A DNA stretch of 64,000 nucleotides from positions 6,147 to 70,146 of the IMG/VR virus record IMGVR_UViG_3300009176_000002; one strand, given 5' to 3'. Each line of letters begins with the position of its first letter. Within the stretch, counting starts at the first letter, position 1. Source of the stretch: a virus. This document shows, one piece after another, positions 35,899 to 44,960 of this stretch. The notes under the pieces were generated by a model that was not told the DNA's origin, did no database searches, and saw only the letters and a program-made list of their open reading frames with translations. Made by a program: the position numbers and the translations under genes.

Positions 35899-36204
35899 AT
35901 GGGCAAACGCATCGACGAACTTCCGCTCGACGACACCCCGATCGGGCCGGCGCCAGCCCCGCGAGGGCAGAGCCCGCTCGACCCCCGGGCGACCGAGTGG
36001 TATCGCTTCCTGGAGGAGATCGAGGACATGCTCGCCAGCGGCGCCTACACCTGGGCCAGGGACACGCTGGAAGGCATCCAGGAGACCGTAGAGCGCACGA
36101 CCAGCGTGACGCCGGGGCAGCGCCAGGCGGTCGACAACATCGCCGCAGGGGGGCGCAGGAGCCGCGGGCGGAGCGCCCCGAACTACTTCCGGCGGTACAA
36201 GTGA
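35899..36204 (+). CDS. Hypothetical protein
   Basis: TPGQRQAVDNI motif; ends APNYFRRYK. Confidence 0.65.
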   Translation: MGKRIDELPLDDTPIGPAPAPRGQSPLDPRATEWYRFLEEIEDMLASGAYTWARDTLEGIQETVERTTSVTPGQRQAVDNIAAGGRRSRGRSAPNYFRRYK

Positions 36205-36407
36205 CGACGTGGCGCGTGCCGATGCAACCTGACGCGGCAAAGTGTGGTGTGCCGCTCACCGGTGGGGGTGGCCGTTATCACGGTGCGGGGTGGTCGCGCC
36301 CAAACCTCGACGAGCAGGAACGCCGCCAATACGAGCGGGAGCGTGCGAACGCGGGTCGTCATCTCCATCGGCGGATCGCGCCGAACGACTTCCGGCGGTA
36401 TCGGTGA
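36201..36407 (+). CDS. Hypothetical protein
   Basis: GTGA/TGATG coupling; ends APNDFRRYR. Confidence 0.5.
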   Translation: MTTWRVPMQPDAAKCGVPLTGGGGRYHGAGWSRPNLDEQERRQYERERANAGRHLHRRIAPNDFRRYR

Positions 36408-36970
36408 TGAGGTTCTCCACCCTCGTGATCGACCCGCCCTGGCCCTACAACGACAAGCTCATGTCGGGCAACAGCGGCTTTGGGCGGGCGCGGCTGACGA
36501 GGGGGGCGGCGAACCACTACCCCGTGATGACACTTGACGCGCTGCGTACCCTCCGGCTGCAGGACGTGACGACCCCCGCCTCGCACCTCTACCTCTGGAC
36601 GACGAACGCCTTCATGGGCGAGGCGCTCGACCTGATGCGCGCATGGGGGTGGACCCACAAGACCATCCTGACCTGGGTAAAGCCGCAGATCGGGATGGGG
36701 CACTACTACCGCAACAACACCGAGCATGTGGTGTTCGGGGTCCGGGGCAAGCTGCGGACACTGCGCCGGAACGTGCCGACCGCGTTCACCGCCCCGCGCA
36801 CGCAACACTCGGTGAAGCCCACTCTCTTCTACGGGATCGTCGAGTCAATGTCGCCCGGGCCGCATCTGGAGCTGTTCGCGCGGACGCGCTGGCCTGGGTG
36901 GATTGCGGTGGGCGACGCGCTCGACGGCCAACCGATCGAGGACGCGCTCGCCCAGGTGGGAGCGGCCTGA
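36407..36970 (+). CDS. MT-A70 family adenine methyltransferase
   Basis: IDPPW, HYPVM, HLYLWTTN, TWVK, GHYYRNNTEH, HSVKP, LELFAR. Confidence 0.92.
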   Translation: MRFSTLVIDPPWPYNDKLMSGNSGFGRARLTRGAANHYPVMTLDALRTLRLQDVTTPASHLYLWTTNAFMGEALDLMRAWGWTHKTILTWVKPQIGMGHYYRNNTEHVVFGVRGKLRTLRRNVPTAFTAPRTQHSVKPTLFYGIVESMSPGPHLELFARTRWPGWIAVGDALDGQPIEDALAQVGAA

Positions 36971-39900
36971 TGGCCCGCCTGGCCCACCCCGTGGGCTGTC
37001 GCGGCTGCTCGCTCGACGAGCGCGGCGACGGCTTCGCGCCCGCTGACGGCCCGGCTGAATCCTGGCTGCTGCTGGTCGGTGAGTCGCTCGGCGTGGTCGA
37101 GGCGATGACCGGCCGGCCGTTCATGGGCGACGCGGGCGGGATGCTCGGGCGGCTGCTCAACCTCCTCGGCTGGTCGCGCGACGCCATCCGCATCCACAAC
37201 GCCATCTCGTGTCACCCGCCGAACGACTGGATGGACGAGCGCGCGCCCTGGTACTACTCGGCGATGGGGCACTGCCCGTATCTGCGCGACACGTTAGCGG
37301 AGGGGCACCAGGTCGTGGTGCCGATGGGGCTGACGGCGATCCGGCGCGTGCTGCACCTCGAACATCGCAAGAAGGTCCGCGTGCAGGACTTTCACGGGAG
37401 CATCGTGCGCGACCCGACCGATCGCTTCTGGGTCGTCCCCACCTACCACCCGTCGTTCCTGCAGCGCGGCGCGACCAACATGATCGGCACCGTGCTGTGG
37501 GACCTGCAGCGCGCGGAAGAAGCGCGGGACCACGGCCGGCCGGTGAGCACGCACTCGCTGGTCGTGGACCCGCCGGTCGAGTGGTTCCGGCGCTGGGTCG
37601 ACGGCGCGGTCGCGGCGCGGACGCAGGACCCTGGCGCGTATCCACTGAGCAGCGACGTCGAGACGCCGGATAAAGCCGGCGGCAAGGACGAGGGCGAGAT
37701 CACCGCCGACGATGTGAGCTTCCAGCTGCTGCGGCAGAACGTCGCCATCAACTGCGACGAGGGCGTGACCGTGCCGCACGTTGGGCCGTATCTCGACGAG
37801 CTGAAGCGACTGTATGCGTCGCCCGGCAGCATCTGGATGTGGAACCGCGACTACGACTTCGAGCGCCAGGTCCACGCTGGGATGATGCGCGAGGCGGACT
37901 CGACCAAGGTCGTCGACCTGATGTGGCTGTGGAAGTTCCTGCAGAGCGATGTGCCGAGAGGGTTGGGCTTCGTCGCGCCCTTCTACAGCAACTACGGACC
38001 CTGGAAGCACCTCGCCGATAGTGACCCGGGGACGTACGGCGCTGCGGATGGCCTGCAGACGCATCGGGTCGGGTTCGGGATCTACGGCGATCTGCACAAG
38101 TCGGGGCAGCTCGGGATGGCGCTGCGCCACACCCACAAGCTGCTGACCGAAGTGCTGCGGCCGGCGCAGCTCGTCGGCCTGCAGGTCAATCGCGAGCAGC
38201 TGGCGGTGTTCAAGCAGGAGCTGATCGACAAGGCGCGCGAACGGCTGGAGACGCTCCAGGCGAGCGTGCCCGAGGTGCTCGCGCCGCTGACCCCGAAGGA
38301 GGGACTGAAGCGCCCGCCAGCGGCCGACCTGCTGCATGTGAAAGCGTCGGCCTTCACCAGGAAGGGGACGGTACGCAAAGGCAAACCGGGTAGCGAGATC
38401 AAACAGGAGCTATATGCGAAAGCGCGCGTCGTCGAAAAGCTCGTCCTCCGGGAAGTCCTCGTCTGCCAAGCCTGCGGTGCTAGAGAGGTTGCTCTACGCC
38501 ATCGGTGCAGTCCAGTGGGAACTCCGCCGGTGGGACAGGTATCTGGCGGACTTGATCTTGTTGTCGCGACAGTTAGCCGGTGGTTCTGGCAGGAGCCCTT
38601 CAACCCCGACTCGGTCCCGCAGGTCCTCGCCTACATCAAGCACCGCAAGCACAAACCAGGGCGGGCGAAAAAGAGTAAGTCGGAAGAGAGCACCAACCGC
38701 GAGACGCTCGAACGACTAAGTCGAGTCACAGGTGACCCGTTCTACTCAGCGCTGCTGGACTACCGCGCGGTCGGGAAAGTCAAAGGGACGTATGTCGAAG
38801 GCACCGAGCGGCGACTCGATGCTGAGGGGCGGCTGCATCCCGTCCCGACCTTCAAGCCGTCGACGATGCGGCTCTCCTACCAGAACCCGAATATCACCAA
38901 CGTCGTTGCAGATAAGGGTGGCGAAGCGGGGCTCGCCGCTGGGTTCCGCCGCTGCATCGTCGCCGGGCCAGGCTGCCGGTTGCTGGAGGTGGACTTCTCC
39001 GCGATCGAGGCGGTCGAGACCGGCGTCTGCGCGCGCGACGGCGAGTACTACCGCCTGGCGAAGCTCGGCGTGCACGCCGCGCTGGTGACGCATGTGCTCG
39101 GTCAGCCCTACGACCCCCGCGAAAGTGACGCGGCGCTCAAGGCGCTCTTCGCGCGGGTGAAGGACAATTACCAGGACATTTACGAGCCCGCCAAGCGCTA
39201 CATCCACGGGCGGGCCTACGGCCTGACGGTCACCGGGATGCAGCTGCAGTTCCCGCACTTGTTCAAGACGCAGGCGGTCGCCCTGAAGTACGCGCGCATC
39301 TACGAGGGGATGGCGCCAGGCGTCGCACGCTGGCAGGGGGAGACGCAGACGCGTGCCAGTCGCCAGCATTATCTCGGTGGCGTCGGCGACCACCCCTTCA
39401 CCTATAAACACTGGTTCTGGTCCGTCTATCACTACAAGCGGCTGACCGCGACGCAGTACTACCGTCTGGTCGCGAAGTACCAGCGCCAGGGGGAGGACCC
39501 GCCGTGCATCACGATCAACGGGCAGCACTTCCGCATCAGTTTAGGCGAGGACGGCAAGCGGGTGTTGGCGTTTTACCCGCAGTCGATCGCCGCGGGCATC
39601 TTGAAGGAGGCGATGCTGCGGCTGTTCGCGGATCGGGACTCGCCGAGTTACATCGGCGATGTGTATTTCGGCAGGACGCCGCTGCGGGCGCCGATTCACG
39701 ACTCGCTGCTGCTGGAGATCCCGGTTCGGGTGTGGGACCGCGTAGTGCAGATCGTCTGCATGGAGATGCAGCGGCCGGTCATCCAGCAACCGCTACCCGA
39801 GAGCTGGGGCGGGCGGTTCGGCGAGTACGCGGCGATCGGCGTGGCGGCGAAGGCGGGGCAGAACTGGGCGGCGATGACGAAGATCGCGGTGCCAGGTTAC

Positions 39901-39978
39901 GAGAGTGACTGGGTCGCCGAGCCAGTCGAGGACGAGGATGCCGAGGACTGGGGGGACTTGCAGCGGGTGATCGCCTAA
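36970..39978 (+). CDS. polA: Family A DNA polymerase with N-terminal uracil-DNA glycosylase (family 4-like) domain and 3'-5' exonuclease
   Basis: UDG: CRGC, VGESLG, GRPFMG, SCHPP, YHPSF; exonuclease: DVET, NRDYD, YGAAD; polymerase: RLSYQNPNITN, DFSAIE, KRYIHGRAYG, PQS, IHDSLL. Confidence 0.92.
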   Translation: MARLAHPVGCRGCSLDERGDGFAPADGPAESWLLLVGESLGVVEAMTGRPFMGDAGGMLGRLLNLLGWSRDAIRIHNAISCHPPNDWMDERAPWYYSAMGHCPYLRDTLAEGHQVVVPMGLTAIRRVLHLEHRKKVRVQDFHGSIVRDPTDRFWVVPTYHPSFLQRGATNMIGTVLWDLQRAEEARDHGRPVSTHSLVVDPPVEWFRRWVDGAVAARTQDPGAYPLSSDVETPDKAGGKDEGEITADDVSFQLLRQNVAINCDEGVTVPHVGPYLDELKRLYASPGSIWMWNRDYDFERQVHAGMMREADSTKVVDLMWLWKFLQSDVPRGLGFVAPFYSNYGPWKHLADSDPGTYGAADGLQTHRVGFGIYGDLHKSGQLGMALRHTHKLLTEVLRPAQLVGLQVNREQLAVFKQELIDKARERLETLQASVPEVLAPLTPKEGLKRPPAADLLHVKASAFTRKGTVRKGKPGSEIKQELYAKARVVEKLVLREVLVCQACGAREVALRHRCSPVGTPPVGQVSGGLDLVVATVSRWFWQEPFNPDSVPQVLAYIKHRKHKPGRAKKSKSEESTNRETLERLSRVTGDPFYSALLDYRAVGKVKGTYVEGTERRLDAEGRLHPVPTFKPSTMRLSYQNPNITNVVADKGGEAGLAAGFRRCIVAGPGCRLLEVDFSAIEAVETGVCARDGEYYRLAKLGVHAALVTHVLGQPYDPRESDAALKALFARVKDNYQDIYEPAKRYIHGRAYGLTVTGMQLQFPHLFKTQAVALKYARIYEGMAPGVARWQGETQTRASRQHYLGGVGDHPFTYKHWFWSVYHYKRLTATQYYRLVAKYQRQGEDPPCITINGQHFRISLGEDGKRVLAFYPQSIAAGILKEAMLRLFADRDSPSYIGDVYFGRTPLRAPIHDSLLLEIPVRVWDRVVQIVCMEMQRPVIQQPLPESWGGRFGEYAAIGVAAKAGQNWAAMTKIAVPGYESDWVAEPVEDEDAEDWGDLQRVIA

Positions 39979-39993
39979 AGGAGGCTGAAGCCT

Positions 39994-41370
39994 ATGCCAT
40001 CACGACCAGCGATGCTGCGTGGACTACTCACCTGGGACGAGACCGACGGGGGCGGGTGCGAGCCGCCGGAGGTGGGGATCTGGCCGGGACCGCACCCCTC
40101 GCACCCGATTGCGCGGCCGCCGGTCGAGCCGCCGCCGGTGACGACGCCGCCCGCCGAGCAGCCGCTGCTCCAGCCTGCCGACTTGAGATACCAGGGCTGC
40201 TTCCGCCTGCCGCCCTACCCAGTGCGGTATGACTACCCACCGCGCGGGCTGGCGTATCACCCAGCGAATGACTCGCTGTTCGTGCCGGGGTTTGCGGAGT
40301 TCCACGGCTGCGGCGAGGTCGGCCTGGTGGCACCGATCGCCGGCGCAGCCTCGCTCAGCGAACTGCACACCGCACCGGCGCTGCAGCCGATCACCGACCC
40401 GAGTGAGGGCAGCTGGTCGGCGCTCGCCTACGGCGGTGGGATCAACATGGGCGGGCTGCTGGTGCACGAGGAGCGGCTGATCGTCGACTACTACCGCTAC
40501 TACGACGCCGACGGCAGCCAGCCGACGACGCACTGGGCGCGCAACCTGGACCTGGCGGCGGCGGGCGATTACCTCGGCCCGGTGCAGCTGCTGGTGACCG
40601 ACGCGGTCGGGACGAGCCACGTCCACGCGGGCAACGTCAGCGGCTACATGGGCCATGTGCCGGCAGCGTGGCAGACGCGCTTCAAGGGGCCGTGCTTCGT
40701 CGGGCAGAGCGGCGTCTCGATCGTGTCGCGGACGAGCCTGGGGCCGTGCGTGTTCACGTTCGACCCGGCCGACATCGGCCGCGTGTCGCCGGTGCCGACG
40801 ACCCCGCTGGTGTTCTACCCCAGCGCCCACCCGACGCTCGGGCCGTACACCCCAGGCCCCGGCGATCCGAACCCGAACGTCCGCTTCAATGGGACGATGC
40901 AGGTCTGTGGCGTGCTGCAACCAGTGGGCTGGCGGAGCGTGCTGTTTTTCGGCGCGATCGGGGTCGGCAAGTACAGCTACGGCGTGGGCACCGCCGACCC
41001 CTCGCTCGACGGCCAGCCGGTGCCTGGCGAGCCCGGGGTCTACTACTGCTACGACCCGGTCAATCTGGCGAAGGGCGACCACGCCTATCCGTACGAGGCG
41101 CGGGTCTGGGCGTATGACGCGCTCGACCTGGAGGACGTCGTGGCGGCGAGGAGCAACGCCTGGGACGTCGAGCCGTATGCCTGCTGGACACTGCCGAGTG
41201 ACTTCTACAGCTGGCTCCCGCGGCTGGCTGGGGCGGCCGATGACCCCGCGCGGCAGCGGATCTACGTCTCGCAAACGCGCGGCGATGGCGATGCGCCGCT
41301 GATTCACTGCTACGCGTACGACCGCACGCGGCACGGCAAGGTGCGCGCGCGGCCCGGGACGCAACTGTAA
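39994..41370 (+). CDS. Hypothetical beta-rich protein, possibly extracellular or virion-associated
   Basis: AAGGAGG RBS; Pro-rich linker followed by a Tyr/Gly/Trp-rich domain. Confidence 0.65.
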   Translation: MPSRPAMLRGLLTWDETDGGGCEPPEVGIWPGPHPSHPIARPPVEPPPVTTPPAEQPLLQPADLRYQGCFRLPPYPVRYDYPPRGLAYHPANDSLFVPGFAEFHGCGEVGLVAPIAGAASLSELHTAPALQPITDPSEGSWSALAYGGGINMGGLLVHEERLIVDYYRYYDADGSQPTTHWARNLDLAAAGDYLGPVQLLVTDAVGTSHVHAGNVSGYMGHVPAAWQTRFKGPCFVGQSGVSIVSRTSLGPCVFTFDPADIGRVSPVPTTPLVFYPSAHPTLGPYTPGPGDPNPNVRFNGTMQVCGVLQPVGWRSVLFFGAIGVGKYSYGVGTADPSLDGQPVPGEPGVYYCYDPVNLAKGDHAYPYEARVWAYDALDLEDVVAARSNAWDVEPYACWTLPSDFYSWLPRLAGAADDPARQRIYVSQTRGDGDAPLIHCYAYDRTRHGKVRARPGTQL

Positions 41371-41397
41371 CCATCAACCACAGAGAGAGAGGACTGT

Positions 41398-42039
41398 ATG
41401 CCGATTCGACCCCGAGTCACCCCCGTCAACCGCGCCCGCGCCAAGCAGCACGCGTGGGAGACGATCATCCCGAACCGCTTCGCCGACGTCGACGCGATCT
41501 GTCGCGCGCACCCGGAGGCGTTCCCGCCTGGCGACGCCAATGACCCGTCGCGCCTCAAGCTGCTGGTCGAAACCATGGTGCCCGAGATCAACGCCGCGCA
41601 CCCGGAGGACAACGGCAACTGGGGTGTGCTGACCAAGACCGACCAGAACGGCAAGATCCCCTGCGACGTGATGGTGTGGCGCCCTGGGACCGTGACCGTC
41701 GACGTGATGACCGGCACCGGCGCGAGCTGGGACGTGCACGGCGCCGCGAACAATCCGGCGTGGGTGTGGACGCCGTGCGCGGCGGAGGAAGGCGGCGGCG
41801 AGGAGAGTGGCGAGGGCGGCGGGGTGGGCGAGCCGTTCGACAACGACAAGGCAGTCGAGTTCGGGTTGATGTGCAACGACGTCTATACCGAAAGCGGCGC
41901 CAGCCCCGACGCCGGGATGATCAGCGTCCACAGCCAGCGGTGCGCGTATGACTACTACGTGAATAACATGCCGTGGGACGCGTGCCTGGAGAAGCACACC
42001 AACGCGTTCCGCGCGGAGTATCAGCTGCCGCCGATCTAG
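41398..42039 (+). CDS. Hypothetical two-domain protein
   Basis: GAGG RBS; acidic Gly linker. Confidence 0.65.
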   Translation: MPIRPRVTPVNRARAKQHAWETIIPNRFADVDAICRAHPEAFPPGDANDPSRLKLLVETMVPEINAAHPEDNGNWGVLTKTDQNGKIPCDVMVWRPGTVTVDVMTGTGASWDVHGAANNPAWVWTPCAAEEGGGEESGEGGGVGEPFDNDKAVEFGLMCNDVYTESGASPDAGMISVHSQRCAYDYYVNNMPWDACLEKHTNAFRAEYQLPPI

Positions 42040-44951
42040 CGCGGCGGTGCGGGCGGGGGAGACGCTGTGATGAGCGGCGTCCCCCCGAGCGTCGGTGGCG
42101 CCTTGCCGATCGTTTCACGCGCTTTGTCGTAGCGGGCCGCGACCGGCGGCTGGACCCACTGCCCGATCAGCCGCTTCGCCACGCGGTAGGAGACCTGCGC
42201 GTTGGGGTCCGCCATCCAGTTGACCAGCGCTCGATTGACCTCGGGACGCCCGGCCGCGATCTTCAGGATGTCGGCGGAAGACGGACCAGACAGCAGGCGG
42301 ACCAAACCGACCACCCCGCGGTAGGTGTGCGGGCCGCTCCTCGACAAGATGAGATTGATGAGGTGATTCGAGCGGCTCTGCGCCTTGCCCAGGGCGAGGG
42401 CTTCCTGCTCGGTAACCGTGGCCGCCGTCCGCTTGTCGATACCCGCGGCGGCGAGATCATCCTGCACCCGCTTCATCACGTTGCGGTGCGTCTCGGCGGC
42501 GGCGCGCTGGGCGGTTTTGCCCTGTGCCGTCGCGGCCTCCACACCAGCCTCACCCAGTGTGCTGATCTTCGTCTCGCGCAGCGCGCTGCGTGCCTTGGCA
42601 GCGGCCAGCTCCTCGGCCGCTCCCCCCTCGGTGCGCGCCACCGCTTGCTCTCCGGAAGCGACGAGCTGATCCCACCCAGTCGCCAGCCCCTCGTACTTCT
42701 GCAGGATCGAGGGCAAGCGATTGCCGAACAACGCGCGGGCGAACTCGGGCCGATCGCGCAGCACCTTGATCCGCTGCCCGAGCCCGTCGACCCCACCCTG
42801 CAGGACGTTGCGGTAGATCCAGGCGTCCTGCACGGCAAGCGCGGCCTCGGGACTGTGCACGCGGAGGTTGCGCATCAGGGTCGCGGTCTGGAGCGGGTCG
42901 TCGGGGCGGATCGACTGGATGATGCGCGCCGGCTCGATGTCGCCAATCTTCGCGGCGGCGGCGCCGTAGCCTTCCGAGAGCCGCGCGCGGGCTTGCGCAT
43001 AGGCGGGCGCGGCGGTGTTGTAGGGTTCGTGCGTCCCGAGCTGCTTGCGGATGATCTCCCAGAGATGTTTGCGCGCGCCCTCGATCTTGCTCGCCACCGG
43101 GCTATCGAAGTCAGCGGTCGCGCCGAGTTCGGTTTCGAGATCGGCGAGATCCTCGAAGCGCACCTTACGCGGCGCGTTGACGAGGCGGTCGATCGTCGCC
43201 ATCGCGGGGTGCTCGGCGATGGCTTTGCGTTCGGCGTCGGTGATGGCGACGCCGAGTTGTGGGTCGATCCCCGACGCGGGTGGCGGCGGTGGGGGTGGGG
43301 CCGGTCGAGTAATCGGTTGGCCCGAGGCGTCGAACAGCCCTGTTGAGACCGGGGGCGGCGGTGCCCCGGGTGCCGCGGGCTGGGTCGGGGCCTCGCGCGG
43401 GAAGGCTTTCTCGGTCTTGAGGATCTCCTCGCGCACCAGGCGCCGCGCCTCGTTCTGGATCGCCGTGATGTCCTGCTCGGGGCCGGCTTGCTTCACGGCT
43501 TTGAGCGCTTTGCCGAGCGCATCGACTTCGTCCTTCGCGGGGCCTTCGAGCGTCTCGACCACGCGCGTGCCTGCGGCGGTTTCATCGGGTGGACGGCCGA
43601 TCACCTGCTGGTAGTGTTCCCCACCCTGCTGCAGCGCGTCGGCGGCTGCCGCACGAGCGGCCTCGATATCCTGCGCCGTGGTCTCCTCCACACGGCCGAC
43701 GTTGCGCGCCGTGCTGGCCTTGCCGGCGGTGACTGCCTCGGTCGCGCGGCGGCGTGCAGCGGCGACAGCAGATTCCGTCGCGACGGTGCGCGCCGCCTTG
43801 TCGCCGGCGAACTTGAAGCGCAGGTCGCGCGCGGTCTGGCTGAGGCTGTCGATCGAGGACTGTGCGACCTGGCCCAGGCCCTCCCGCTCCTTCTGCAGGG
43901 CGGTGCCGACGGTGTCCGCGAAGGCGGGACCGGCGACGGCGCGCAGGCCGAAGCGCACTGGGGCGAGCACGGTGTGGCCGAGGGCATCCTGCACAAACTG
44001 CTGGCCACCAGCGCTGGCGACTTCGCCGAGGTCGGGGGTGGTGCGCTGGCCGCGCAACCCTTCGACGATCTGCTCGGCGGATTCCTCGCCGACGCCGCCG
44101 AGCGCTGAGGCGGCCGCGCTGCCGCCGACGCCATAGAGCCACGACGCGATCGCGCTGCCGGCGAGGACTTCCGGAGCGGCGGCAGCGATCAGGGGGGCCG
44201 TCGCGATGGCGGCGGTGGTGCCGGCGATGTTGCGGCGACCTTGGCGCTCGCGCGGGTCGTAGGCGTGGGCGATGACCTTGGGCGCGTTGATCACCTGGGA
44301 GTGCTTGACGATGTCGCCAACGGAGCCGCTGTCGTCGTGCTGATGCAGCTCCGCCCATTGCTTGGCGACGTCCGGCGGGAGGTTGGCTGGGTCCGAGGCT
44401 TCCCGCGACCAGGGATACGTGATGGTCGGCAGGTTGAAGCGCTTGGCCAGCTGGCCGAGGATGCTGGGCGGAACCGGCGGGCCACCGGCGGCGGGCGCTG
44501 TGGCAGGCGTCGTGCCGGGGGCGGTGGCCGGGGCGGTGGCAGTCGTCGGTGGCGGTTGCCCCGCACCCGCCTCGTTCTGGTAGCGCAACACGCGCTGCAT
44601 CACGTTCGGGATGTAGGTGGGATTGGCGCGGACGCCGCCGTACTCCTTGAGGATCTGGTCGGGGTTGCCCTGGTACTGGTCGAACAGCTTCTTCAGGTGG
44701 GTGATGCCCATGCGGACGTTGTCCACGGGGTTGTGGACGTCGCCCTTGTACTGCGCCGCGGTCTCGGGGGTCATCTGGAACAGACCATACGCGCGGGTCT
44801 TCGGTCCCCCGGGACTCAGCTCGAACTCTTGCCCGATCGCGTTGGCGTCGAAGCTCGACTCCGCATCCACGACACCGAGTGCGAGCTGCTCGGGGAGCCC
44901 GGCTGCGCGCGCCTGCTGGCGGATGTACTCCTTCGGATCGAAGTCAGGCAT
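42036..44951 (-). CDS. Internal virion/ejection protein with N-terminal lytic transglycosylase (SLT) domain
   Basis: AESSFDANAIG, AYGLFQMTPETA, DNVRMGITHL, YIPNV. Confidence 0.85.
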   Translation of the reverse strand: MPDFDPKEYIRQQARAAGLPEQLALGVVDAESSFDANAIGQEFELSPGGPKTRAYGLFQMTPETAAQYKGDVHNPVDNVRMGITHLKKLFDQYQGNPDQILKEYGGVRANPTYIPNVMQRVLRYQNEAGAGQPPPTTATAPATAPGTTPATAPAAGGPPVPPSILGQLAKRFNLPTITYPWSREASDPANLPPDVAKQWAELHQHDDSGSVGDIVKHSQVINAPKVIAHAYDPRERQGRRNIAGTTAAIATAPLIAAAAPEVLAGSAIASWLYGVGGSAAASALGGVGEESAEQIVEGLRGQRTTPDLGEVASAGGQQFVQDALGHTVLAPVRFGLRAVAGPAFADTVGTALQKEREGLGQVAQSSIDSLSQTARDLRFKFAGDKAARTVATESAVAAARRRATEAVTAGKASTARNVGRVEETTAQDIEAARAAAADALQQGGEHYQQVIGRPPDETAAGTRVVETLEGPAKDEVDALGKALKAVKQAGPEQDITAIQNEARRLVREEILKTEKAFPREAPTQPAAPGAPPPPVSTGLFDASGQPITRPAPPPPPPPASGIDPQLGVAITDAERKAIAEHPAMATIDRLVNAPRKVRFEDLADLETELGATADFDSPVASKIEGARKHLWEIIRKQLGTHEPYNTAAPAYAQARARLSEGYGAAAAKIGDIEPARIIQSIRPDDPLQTATLMRNLRVHSPEAALAVQDAWIYRNVLQGGVDGLGQRIKVLRDRPEFARALFGNRLPSILQKYEGLATGWDQLVASGEQAVARTEGGAAEELAAAKARSALRETKISTLGEAGVEAATAQGKTAQRAAAETHRNVMKRVQDDLAAAGIDKRTAATVTEQEALALGKAQSRSNHLINLILSRSGPHTYRGVVGLVRLLSGPSSADILKIAAGRPEVNRALVNWMADPNAQVSYRVAKRLIGQWVQPPVAARYDKARETIGKAPPTLGGTPLITASPPPAPPR

Positions 44952-44960
44952 ACCCGTTCC

